From: Squalus acanthias
Taxonomy: Eukaryota
NCBI GenBank assembly: GCA_030390025.1
Contig: CM059433.1
Span: 14,882,001-14,946,000, forward strand
Direction: 5' to 3'
DNA length: 64,000 bases
The position numbers and the translations under genes were made by a program. The notes below the pieces were generated by a model, which saw only the letters and a program-made list of their open reading frames with translations, did no database searches and had not been told where the DNA came from. Each line of letters starts with the position of its first letter. Position 1 is the first letter of the stretch. This document shows positions 11,851-23,122 of this stretch, in pieces.

Positions 11851-12975
11851 GGCTATCAAGTTTAATCATCAAAAATATTAACTGTAATAGGGATGGGTTA
11901 TTTCTTATGGGCTACGAAAATATATTTTGTCCCACATAATCATTTTATGCTGAAAGATTATGAGGATGTCATGGGAGATGACTGATTCATGTTGGTTGAA
12001 GGGGAAGATCATTCTGATTTCTTCAACTCAAAATTTTTCTGAGATTTGGTTAGCCAGAGTGTTTAAAAAAAACAGAGGCTGAATTTCAAAATAGTTGAAA
12101 ACAGGCCAGCTATATTATAAGAGAGCAGGGTAGTGGACAATCTTGGAATTTCCCTTAGTAACTACACTCATAACACGGCAGGGTAGCGGAGACATTGAAT
12201 GGTGATCTCCCTTAAGTAAAGTCACTGGAGCACAACGGCAGGTTTCTTCATTAATCAAACAGTGTCTTCTGACATATATCGTGCAGCTCTTCCATTATTG
12301 ATTCGACTGAAACAGTGAAGAGAATTACAAAATAACTACATGGAAAACCGTGGTGCCAAAAAAGCACGTTGCATCTCTTGGTGTAATGGGAATCCCACAC
12401 TCTCACCGTCTGATGCAACAAGCCATGGCCTGCTCCCTTTCTGTGGCGCAGATGCTCAATCAAAATGAAAATAGTCAATAATATGCCTTCCTTTAATTTA
12501 ACCCGTTCCCCAAGATCAGTGACTTCATAACCTTTAGCGGCCACCAGGAGTTGCGATGCTATTCTGCTGCTGTAAACTCAGACTGAAAGCTCCGTACACT
12601 ATGGTTAATGAGACCCATTTAAATTTCATTTCCTTACTTTACCATATTGATGGCTGTGCTAATTGCCACAGTATTTGGCAGACAAGACCACATGGCTACT
12701 TTGAAATGATGCCTTTTTCTTACAAGGTTGATGTTTACTACACTACGGAATTGTGCAGTCTTATACTTGCACTCTTAAACAGCATACCTCCATTCAAAAA
12801 AATGGTTGACAAAGCTTGGAGACAGGGAACAGCCATAAAAGCTGTGTGTCAGTTTTAACACAATGACATCGCATGCAAATAATGTAACAACGCAGTTCAA
12901 TGTAATCACCGCCTTTACATGATGTATTTGCAAACACAACAATAACAACTTGCATTTAAAAACTTATGGGATTAT

Positions 12976-13197
12976 GCTCTCTTATAATATAGCTGGCCTG
13001 TTTTCAACTATTTTGAAATTCAGCCTCTGTTTTTTTTAAACACTCTGGTGAACCAAATCTCAGAAAAATTTTGAGTTGAAGAAATCAGAATGATCTTCCC
13101 CTTCAACCAACATGAATCAGTCATCTCCCATGACATCCTCATAATCTTTCAGCATAAAATGATTATGTGGGACAAAATATATTTTCGTAGCCCATAA
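12976..13197 (-). repeat. Inverted copy of about 222 bp from 11905-12127
   Basis: Near-perfect reverse complement of the upstream segment. Confidence 0.92.
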
Positions 13198-13205
13198 AAA
13201 CTTGC

Positions 13206-13246
13206 ATTCACCTGACGAAGGAGCAACAGCTCCGAAAGCTTGTGAT
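13206..13246 (+). ncRNA. Minimal type I hammerhead ribozyme motif in a small repeat element (about 13209-13337)
   Basis: TCAC-CTGACGA-AGGAGC aaca GCTCC-GAAA-GC-TT-GTGA; stem I TCAC/GTGA; palindromic AAGCTT at stem III. Confidence 0.65.
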
Positions 13247-13443
13247 TTCAAATAAAACTGTTGGACTATAACCTGGTGTTGTGCGACTTCTCATTTTTGT
13301 CCACCCCAGTCCAACACCGGCATCTCCGCATCACATCAACTTGCATTTATATAGCGCCTTTAACACAATAATAGATCCCAAGATGCTCCACAGGAGCATT
13401 ATAAGACAAAATTTGACACCGAGCCACATAAAAAGATATTAGA

Positions 13444-14275
13444 AAAGCAAAATGCTGTGGATGCTGGAAATCTGAAATAAAAAGTAAAATTGCTGGAAAT
13501 ACTCAGCAGGTCAGGCAGCTTCTGTGGAGAGAGAAACAGAGTTAACGTTTCAGTTTGATGACCTTTCGTCAGAACTGGAAAAAGTTACCGATGTACCAGG
13601 TTTTAAGCAAGTACAGAGGCAGGGAAAGGGGGGAGGGAAGGAAAGAACAAAAGGGAAGATCTGTGATAGCATGGAAGGCAGGAGTGAGTAAATAGCAAAA
13701 GGGATGATGGAGCAAGAAAAGAAACAAAAGATGGGTATAGAGCTGTAAATGGCAACAGCAGAACCATTATCAGCGCCTTCCGAAAAAATGGGAGCAGTGG
13801 TTATGATCTGAAATTGTTGAACTCAGTGTTGATGGTTGTAAAATTCCTAATTGAAGATTAGGTGCTGGTCCTCGAGCTTCCGCTGAGCTTCATTGGAAAA
13901 GTGTATGAGGCTGAGGACAGAGAGGTCAGAGTGGGAGTGGGACGGAGAATTAAAATGGCGAGCAACTGGAAGTTCAGGGTCACACTTGCGGAGGTGTTCA
14001 GCAAACCGATCACCCAATCTGTGTTTGGCCTCCCCAGTGTAGAGGAGACCGCATCGTGAGCAGCGAATACAGTATACTAAATTGAAAGAAGTACAAGTAA
14101 ATCGCTGTTTCACCTGGAAGGGGTGTTTATGGCCCCGGACAGTGGGAAGGAAGGAGGTGAAAGAGCAGGTGTTGCATCTCCTGCGCTTGCATGGGAAGGT
14201 GCCGTGGGAAGGGGAGCGGGTGTTGGGAGTGATTTAAGAGTGGACCAGGATGTGCTGAAAGGGGAGGGGAAGCTG
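13444..14275 (-). mobile_element. Penelope-like element 3' part (GIY-YIG endonuclease remnant)
   Basis: FTCTSFNLVYCIRCSRCGLLYTGEAKHRLGDRFAEHLR. Confidence 0.85.
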
Positions 14276-14289
14276 TGAAAGAAAAAAGA

Positions 14290-14660
14290 AAAAGAAAGAC
14301 TTGCATTTATATAGCGCCTTTCACATCCTCAGGATGTCTCTAAGCGCTTTACAGCCAATAAAATACTTTTTGAAGTGGAGTCACTGCTGTAATGTAGGAA
14401 AGGCAGCAGCCGATTTGCGCACAGCAAGGTCCCACAAACAGCAATGTGATAATGACCAAATAATCTTTTTTTTAGTGATGTTGGTTGAGGGAAAAATATT
14501 GACCAGGAAAATGGGGAGAACTTCCCTGCTCTTCTTTGGGCTAGTGCCATGGGATCTTTTACGTCCAGCCGAGAGGGCAGACGGGTCTTTGGTTTAACGT
14601 CTCATCTGAAAGATTTTGCTGACAGTGCAGCACTCCCTCAGTACTGCACTGGAGTGGCAG
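14290..14660 (-). mobile_element. DeuSINE (SacSINE1/AmnSINE1-like)
   Basis: Deu-domain-like GATGAGACGTTAAACC...GTAAAAGATCCCATGGCAC on -; tail AAAGGCGCTATATAAATGCAAGTC. Further pieces at 16890-16992 and 13338-13440. Confidence 0.75.
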
Positions 14661-17148
14661 CCGCCTCTGGTTATTAAACTACACGTTTGAGTGGGGTTGG
14701 GAGTGTATAGAAACATAGAAACATAGAAGATAGGAGCAGGAGTAGGCCATTCGGCCCCTCGAGTATATATTGTGATGGGCAGGACGCCGCAGTTGTGTGT
14801 GGCAGGCTGGATGAAGCAGAGGGTCTTTTCCTGTCCATCATTGTCCATATCTTCGTATGTTTTAACATTTGTCCGTTTACCTTCAGCTGCACAGCAACAG
14901 GCAATGCAGTGGCTATGAAAGAGGTAGCACCAAGCCCGTGCGTAACTGACGGCATCCATCAGTGAGCACTTTTCTGCTGAGGAGATATCGACAGAGACTC
15001 TGTTGTTCTTTAAATGCCACATGGTGGGTTCTTGCCCTTGACATTTTCTGAAAATGATCACTTCAGACTCACTTCCCTACTTTGTCTTTCTTTCTGTTTA
15101 AGGCTGCAAGGCGTCAGTGATTGAAACCAAAAATAACCCATGGGACGCTGGTACTACTTAAAAAGATGGTTAAAAGAGCCTACTTCAATTGCAACTTTAG
15201 TGAGTGAAGTACAAGGAGGTTTCATATGAAAAATATCTGACTTTGCTTAAACATTTGCAGCTCAATATTATGGCCTCGGTGGGTCTTTACCCACTGTACA
15301 CCAATACATTATGACTGTGTTTAATTCGATGTGGAAAATGTGAACCAAACTATCAAACAGTAACATGACAGCAGGTAGGATGATTTTGGTCATAATCTTT
15401 TTAGATGCTGCTTTTAAAATGCTATATTAATTTCCAAAATGCAGCAAACGAGCACAATATTTAATATTTTCTTTTTTATTAACTAATTTTCCCAGCTATT
15501 TTCTCACTCCCTGTCCTGAAGATGTCTTGCTCAGGCAGATTTTTATGTCCTCTCCAGTACCTCATCTAAATGGCCAATCTTCATATGTGAACCTTGTTAG
15601 TGAATGCAGGGAGATTGTCCAACCAGAGTCAAGCTCAATCTTGTCCTCACCCAATGTCCACATATGCCTATTACTAACAGGCGTCATTGGTTGGCAAGAG
15701 GAGCTGTTCCTCGCCCAGCGTATTCTCCTTAGCCAAGAAGCAGAGTCCAGTTGTAGTGTCCTGGCTGCTACCCAGCCGAGGTTGCCACCGACAAAATATC
15801 CTTATTCCAAGTGTGTAGCACAATAGTGCTCAGAAAAGCAACTATGCCAAAGGCTGAACTTGTATCAATGCGTGTCCCTGCAAATGTTATTTGTGCAGAA
15901 TATACAACAGCTGCAGCAGTATATAAATAGGCATTATCATCATCGTCGGTCGACAATCGTCAGAATTCCTGTGACTGTTCTCCACACTTATGTGTTTCGG
16001 ATTTATCCATGGCTGCTCTTTCATTGGCTGCTTAGGAACTGCACAGCTTAATCTTGCAGATGTAATTGGCTAATTCAAGGAGGAGCTCATTCGCCTTTTG
16101 ATGTCATGTCCTCCATCAAGAGTCTCACTACCGTCCTCCGGGCGCTCATTCGCCCAAAGTCGTTGCCGATTTCTGGAGTTGGCCGTGTTAGCTCACCACT
16201 GCCACCCAGCACCTGGCATTGACCAGTTACTGTCACTACAGCAGCAGGTTTTAACACCCGACCCGACAACAATAACTAGACATAACGGGGGCCATTTTCG
16301 CCGAATACTTTAGGCACTAAAAAGGTAAAAGAGGTGGCCAAGATGGGGTCTTAAGCAGAAGCGCCGGTTTAGCGCATGTGTAGCGCAAGACGTCCTCTTG
16401 GTAAAGGAGTTGAAGCCAGCACGCGGAACGGCTTGTTAAACAGCTGATTGCCACTTAAAATGCCTGCTCGCTTTCATTAATAAGACTGCACGGCATTTTG
16501 CTGGCTAGCCCTTCAACTAATGCCCTCTCTGAACAGCGACCAGCTGTTTGAGAGTAAACACGATGTTGATGTCGATTTCATGCTCTACTGAAAGGGATAC
16601 TCACTATTTCATGGTCATTGCCACTGGAGCTATGAAGAGGACCTCTGAAACACAATGGGAGACTTTCTGGGACACTGTCAAGACTTCGTCAACACTCGAG
16701 CAACATTTATTACAAAAATTCTCTGAGGACTTCATCTAAAAAGAGTAAGTGCTGTGCTGCTCCATCTTACTGGACACCTTATAGGAGTCACCCAGAGAAA
16801 GGGAGTGCTTGGTCATGGGGATCTTGCTTGGGGTCCCGCTTGGTCTGGACAAGGAATGGGAGGAGGACATGAGGCCAGGCAGAGCAGATAACTCCCCTGC
16901 TCTTCTTCAATATAATGCCATGGAATCTTTTACATCCACCTAAAGAGAACATACGGGGCCTCGGCTTAAAGTCTCATCTGAAAGACAGCACTCGCATTTG
17001 GCATTACAATATTAAGAAAATACAAATAAAGTACAATACACTTTGAAACAATCCTAAATAAAGTTATTTTCAGTTCTCTCTTCCTTTATTCCTTTTTGTC
17101 TATTTTTTCTCAACTTGTATTCTGCTGTTTATATTGCTATATCCACTA

Positions 17149-18010
17149 TGCTCACCGTTGATTCGCCACTCTGCCTTGGCCCTCTCTTTCCACTGGACAG
17201 CCTCCAGCAGTGCGCCCAATCATACTCCATCCATCGAACAATTCCTGGAATCTCTCCCTCTCCACAAATCTCTCTGAACCTGGATACTAGTTCATGGATG
17301 TACCAAACTGACTCCACTTTGTCTACAAGTCATCTTCATCCTACCACAGGATTTAAACTTTAACTTTGGACTCTCATATTATCTCCTCCTTATAGTCTAT
17401 TCACGACCAGGACATGTCTCTCCTAATCTCCGATACCTTGGTCTTTACTCAAGCCTCCCTACCTGGCTATACCTTCTACCAACCATCCTGCACAAACTGC
17501 CATGGTGGCGTTGTGGTCCTTATCACCAAATCACACCTCGGCCCCCCGCCCTCCCCGCCCACCGCCCCCCCCCCCCCCACCCCCCCGCGACTCCTTTGGC
17601 ACTTATTCTTCTTTCAAGTAACTCACATTGTTCCGCTCCTCTCACCTCTCCTTTAAAATCCTGGTTCCCGATCTCCCCCTACAAGCCACATGCGGAGTTT
17701 CTTCCCAAGACTCCCTTTACTCCCTCATCCTTTGCATAGAATGACTTCTCATCCTCAGTAATTTCAATCACCATCTTAACTCACCTTGCCCTCCTCTGAT
17801 TTCACCGCTCTCCTGTACTCCCTAAACCTCTCCCTCCATATTAACTCTCCTAGCTGTATTCATGGCCAATCTTTTGACCTTGCCATATCGCATGGCCTCT
17901 CTACTGCCATAGCCTCGACCACAGACAAGGCCTTCTCTGACTACTTACTCGTATCCCTCACCATCCACATTCCACAACCCCACTTCCTTCTGAGTATTGT
18001 TCTCAATGAT
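17149..18010 (+). mobile_element. Decayed L2/CR1-type LINE endonuclease region; uninterrupted duplicate of the provirus target
   Basis: PGYTFYQ...GGVVVL and HINSP...DLAI remnants; nearly identical to 19197-19277 joined to 33595-34380. Confidence 0.7.
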
Positions 18011-19277
18011 TGTGACGCTGATGAATAAAACTGATACATTTTAGAGGAGTAGTTTTGGCATTACAATATTAAGATAATACTAATAAAGTATATCACACTT
18101 TGAAACAATCCTAAATAAAGTTACGTTCAGTTCTTTCTTCCTTTTTGTCAATATTCTCTCAACTTGCATCTTGCTGTTTATATTGACCAGTACTGCTGTA
18201 CCCACCATCTATTCCGGGATTGAGGTCCGCTGGAGTAAAATCTGATCTCTGAAAGGTCAGTGTGTTGGTTTGGATAACGGAAACTCTTTTTTGGACTGGT
18301 GTTCAGTGTGTTGGTTTGGAAAACTCATTGGTGGCCGAGGCAGTTGGAGACACCAGTACAATGTGTCTTGGTAGTGATGGCCAAGTGTTAATAGATGATC
18401 TGAATTCATTCATGACCTCCAGGACATTTAAAACTGTCAACTGACGAGGAAGCACTTGATAATGCTTTATAACACATCACAGAACTTGAAGATAAAAGCA
18501 AATGAATTCCATGATACATACTAATCGATCATAATATGCAACAGATCTCACCTGTCAAAGTGTTAGAAAGTGGCATCTGGCTCAACACATTAACAGGAAG
18601 TCTATATGGATTGTCAACTATTTCTAACTCAAAATTATACTAGAAACTCTCTGAAAATCTGTGAAACAAGTTGTGAAGCATAATATCAATGTACATCGAA
18701 GCTGCTGATTTTATTCTGCTTAAAAAAAAACAAAAAAGGATGCAAAATGTTACATAGAATTACATAGAATTTACAGCACAGAAACAGGCCATTCAGCCCA
18801 ACTGGTGTATGTCAGTGTTTATGCTCCACAAGAGCCTCCTCCCGCCCCTCTCCATCTAATCCCATCAGCCTAATCTTCTATTTCTTTCTCTCTCATGTGC
18901 TTATCTAGCTTCCCCTTAAATGCATCTGTGCTATTCACCTCAACTACTCTGACTGCTGCTCCTGATGCTCCTCACCTCCCTACAGCTTTTCCTCCAACAA
19001 TCTCCCTCATCTGCACTGGTCCCATTGATTTACCTTTCATTCTTCCCTGCATCCTTGGATTTCAATCCTTTTGGTCGTTGGATTCCATTCCTACTGCTCC
19101 TCGCTCGTCATCTGGTATACTGAATCAGCTGGTGCCCACTGCTAGCACCCAAGGCCACTATGCACCTCCACTGGATCCCTGGATCAACCTCCACTGGCTC
19201 ACCGTTGATTCGCCACTCTACCTTGGCCCTCTCTTTCCACTGGAGAACATCCAGCAGTGCGCCCATTCATACTCCAT

Positions 19278-20957
19278 TGTAAGGGGTTTCGGCGTGCTTG
19301 TATCGCAGACGGTGCTGGTGCGGGGTTAGGCCTTCGTTGCCTAATACTATTGCTTGCTCTGGTCTCCGGCCAGCCTTGTTGCAATAAGCACCTGTGAGTG
19401 GTTCCACCCACTCGCCCTTACGGTTCTAACACTGGACTTAGGTGCGAGAGCAGTAATGCAGAGAAAAACTCAAATAGACGCGGTTGAATAGTACGAAATG
19501 GAAATCTTTATTGCATAGCGTCCAAAATCATGAAGTACATGTCATAGGCGCAAATTAACGAGAGTACAAGTATACATACATTCATAAAGCTTGGTCTATG
19601 GTAATGAAGAACGCACGGCACATCGTAAAAAGGGGAACACATTATACTTTATCCTTAATAAAACCACCCTCCCCTATCAATACCTACACTACATCTAGAT
19701 TTGTAGGATCGGGAAACATGCTCACCACTCGTGATACTTCGGAGAATTCTAAAGTGAGGCACTCGGCTCGTTTCGCTGCAGCGCCTGACTGTCACGTGTT
19801 TGGAGGGGTCTCTGTACCCCACTTGTTTATCTTCGCTGCTGCGGCAAGCAGGCTGGGCTCCCCGTTGTCATGAAGAACTCGACAGCACTCGGACCCGGCT
19901 GTAGAACTCAAAGAAAAGTCTTCCTGTACCGACACCAGTTGCTGGTAGAATTCAAAGAAGAGTCTTTGACCGGTTCGTGCAGTAACCTGTAGAGTTCAAG
20001 AAATGGGTCGTATATTTTCGGGCGTGGTCGGGGTTTACTGACCGCGGCGGCACGTGGATTCTTCTTCTTCTCTTGTCATTTCGTCTCGTCTCGTTGGGCC
20101 TTTGGGTCCAAACACCGTTTACCGACTCTCGGGATGGTGCACCCGGTCACTGGCCTTCGTCGGGGCGACTCGTTCCAATTGAGCTCCACCCAACATTTGA
20201 ATAACCGTCTAGTGCGGCTAAAAGTCCAGAGGCAACAGAGTCCAGAGAAAACACAGAAGGCTGCTCGTCCAGCAGAGTTCAGCCCGAGTCAAGAGTCCGC
20301 AGAGATAAGAGCACGAATCAAGCGAAAAAGAGAGCGATGGACATTTGTTGTCTATAGTTATAGTGCTGTGTTCCCTTATCTCCCGCCCAAATCTTAATGT
20401 TTGTCCTTTGTGAAATATTGGCACTCAAAACTCCCAGCATGGGGTGATCCTTGTCTTTAACGGGTTTCGGTAGCACCTTAGACTGACCAACTACCCGTTA
20501 ATGTTTTCCCCATTGTTGATCGTCTCCCTGACTGGTTTTGGAGGCCCCCGAATACTTGTTTAATCACCCGAGAATGGCTCTCTCATTGTAGAGCCGTGGG
20601 GGTATTTGTGTATTGATGTGTCTGGATGGGCCTTCGATTGCCCAGTACAATGGTCCTTACTTGTGCATGGAAAACGATTCCAGCACTCATATCTTTTGCT
20701 ATTGTTTCGAATGCAAACAGGTTGCATCCTGTCTTTATCAGTGCTTATCGAGTATGATCCCGTCTTATATTGAAATGTATATTCGACGCCATCTTGTCTG
20801 CCCACTGTATTCTAGAAGCTTCTGCCACGATGCGCGGCAGCCATTTTACAGGCTTCTGTGTCCTTTATATCATGACAGCATTTCGTTTAAATAAACTGAT
20901 CAACCGAATCTGCTTCTATCTTGTTATTTCGAATCGCGATAATTGCGAAACTTTACA
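19278..20957 (-). repeat. 3' LTR
   Basis: TGTAAAG...CCCCTTACA on -; AATAAA at 19507-19512; preceded by purine tract AGGAGGGAC. Confidence 0.95.
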
Positions 20958-20970
20958 GTCCCTCCTGTTG
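20958..20970 (-). promoter_or_regulatory. Polypurine tract (plus-strand primer)
   Basis: CAACAGGAGGGAC directly before TGTAAAG of the 3' LTR. Confidence 0.7.
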
Positions 20971-21352
20971 ATGCGAATAACTCCGCTTATCGTATCAATT
21001 AAAAGTGGTGGTGAGCAAAATTATCCCGATTCTCCACATCCAAACACTCCCTTAACTTAAACTATCTATGGCCTCCGTGCCGTCCTCATTTCCCAGGGAA
21101 ATTACATTGTTTAGACTTGGACAAACCGTAGGCAGTATTGCCTTTAAACTTACATTGCGTATACGCCTTCCTGGTGCAACAGGCCGATGCCTCTCGCACC
21201 ACCTGTATATGCATGTTTTTATTATACAAGGAAAAAATAATCAAAACCACTCTTTAAAAATACAAAGTTCCAAACTTAGTTACACATACTCATAACTAAA
21301 TAACAATTACAAAAACACACATGGTAAAATGGAGCGGCGTCATCCTGGCCGT

Positions 21353-21514
21353 TTACGCGGTACTTTCTTCGTTCACACGCACATAACGTTCTCTCCACTC
21401 CCTTGTGTTCTCCTGCTTTGTGAGGCGTTTGCCTCTTTTGCAGTGCACGACCAATAGGTACACTACTATTATAACTTGGCACACAACCAAACTGTGGGAG
21501 GCTCTCCTGATCCA
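21353..21514 (-). pseudogene. env: Displaced env C-terminus: membrane anchor and cytoplasmic tail (53 aa)
   Basis: WIRRASHSLVVCQVIIVVYLLVVHCKRGKRLTKQENTREWRERYVRVNEESTA*; continues ...NIEVPS in frame once the CR1 is removed. Confidence 0.85.
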
Positions 21515-21517
21515 TGA

Positions 21518-23122
21518 TGGGACTGAAGGCTGAAAAATCCCCGGGGCCTGATGGTCTGCATCCCAGAGTACTTAAAGAGGTGGCCTTGGAAATAGTGGAT
21601 GCATTGACGATCATTTTCCAACATTCCTTAGACTCTGGATCAGTTCCGATGGAGTGGAGGGTGGCCAATGTAACCCCTTTTTTTAAAAAAGGAGGGAGGG
21701 AGAAAGCAGGGAATTATAGACCGGTCAGCCTGACATCGGTCGTGGGTAAAATGATGGAAGCAATTATTAAAGATGTCATAACAGACCATTTGGAAAGTGG
21801 CGACATGATAGGTCCAAGTCAGCATGGATTTGTGAAAGGGAAATCATGCTTGACAAATCTTCTGGAATTTTTTGAGGATGTTTCCAATAGGGTGGACAGG
21901 GGGGAACCAGTAGATGTGGTGTATTTGGACTTTCAGAAGGCCTTCGACAAGGTCCCACACAAGAGATTGGTGAGCAAAGTTAAAGCACATAGGATTGGGG
22001 GTAATGTGTTGACGTGGATTGAGAACTGGTTGGCACACAGGAAACAAAGAGTAGGAGTAAATGGGTACTTTTCAGAATGGCAGGCAGTGACCAGCGGGGT
22101 ACCGCAGGGTTCGGTGCTGGGACCCCAGCTGTTTACATTATATATTAATGATTTGGACGAAGGGATTAAATGTAATATCTCCAAATTTGCGGATGACACT
22201 AAATTGGGAGGCAGTGTGAACAATGAGGAGGATGCTAGGAGGCTACAGAGTGACTTGGACAGGTTGGGTGAATGGGCAAATGTATGGCAGATGAAGTACA
22301 ATGTGGATAAATGTGAGGTTATCCACTTTGGTGGTAAAAATAGAGAGGCGGACTATTACCTGAATGGTGGCAGATTAGGGAAAGGGGAGGTGCAACGAGA
22401 CCTGGGCGTCATGGTACATCAGTCACTGAAGGTGGGAATGCAAGTGCAGCAGGCAGTCAAGAAAGCAAACGGAATGATGGCCTTCATAGTAAGGGGATTT
22501 GAGTACAGGAGTAGGGAGGTGATGCTGCAGTTGTACAGGGCCTTGGTGAGGCCACACCTGGAGTATTGTGCGCAGTTTTGGTCTCCTAACTTAAGGAAGG
22601 ACATTCTTGCTATTGAGGGAGTGCAGCAAAGGTTCACTAGATTGATTCCTGGGATGGCCGGTCTGACATATCAAGAAAGATTGGGTCAACTGAACTTGTA
22701 TCCTCTGGAGTTCAGAAGAATGAGGGGGGATCTTATAGAGACATTTAAAATCCTGACTGGTTTAGACAAATTAGATGCGGGCAGAATGTTCCCAATGTTA
22801 GGGAAAACTAGAACCAGGGGTCACAGTCTAAGGATTAAGGGGAAGCCATTTAAGACTGAGCTGAGGAGGAACTTCTTCACCCAGAGAGTGGTGAATCTAT
22901 GGAATTCTCTTCCACAGAAGGTTGTTGAGGCCAGTTCGCTAAATATATTCAAAAGGGAGTTAGATATAACACTCACAACTAGGGGGATCAAGGGGTATGG
23001 CGAGAAAGCAGGAATGGGGTACTGAGGTAGCATGTTCATCCATGAACGCATTGAATGGCGGTGCAGGCTCGAAGGACTGAATGGTCTACTCCTGTACCTA
23101 TTTTCTATGTTTCTATGTTTCT
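21518..23122 (+). mobile_element. 5'-truncated CR1/HER1-type LINE with open RT frame (21514-23025), inserted in env
   Basis: KSPGPDG, YLDFQKAFD, GVPQGSVLGP, FADD; (TTTCTATG)n tail; ATGA at both junctions. Confidence 0.95.

Noticed and set aside
12240..12900. Possible host exon or conserved non-coding element (also 14880-15160 and 15860-16260)
   Set aside because: No recognisable protein or convincing splice-site pair; conservation cannot be judged without an alignment.
19598..19873. 91-aa ORF recurring at 32231-32506 and 60713-60988, plus other LTR ORFs
   Set aside because: Antisense within near-identical LTR copies; recurrence reflects DNA identity and it is not listed as open in the diverged LTR.
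21276..21668. 130-aa ORF as the env tail
   Set aside because: Chimeric CR1-antisense frame; the real env continuation is a different frame (21514-21353).
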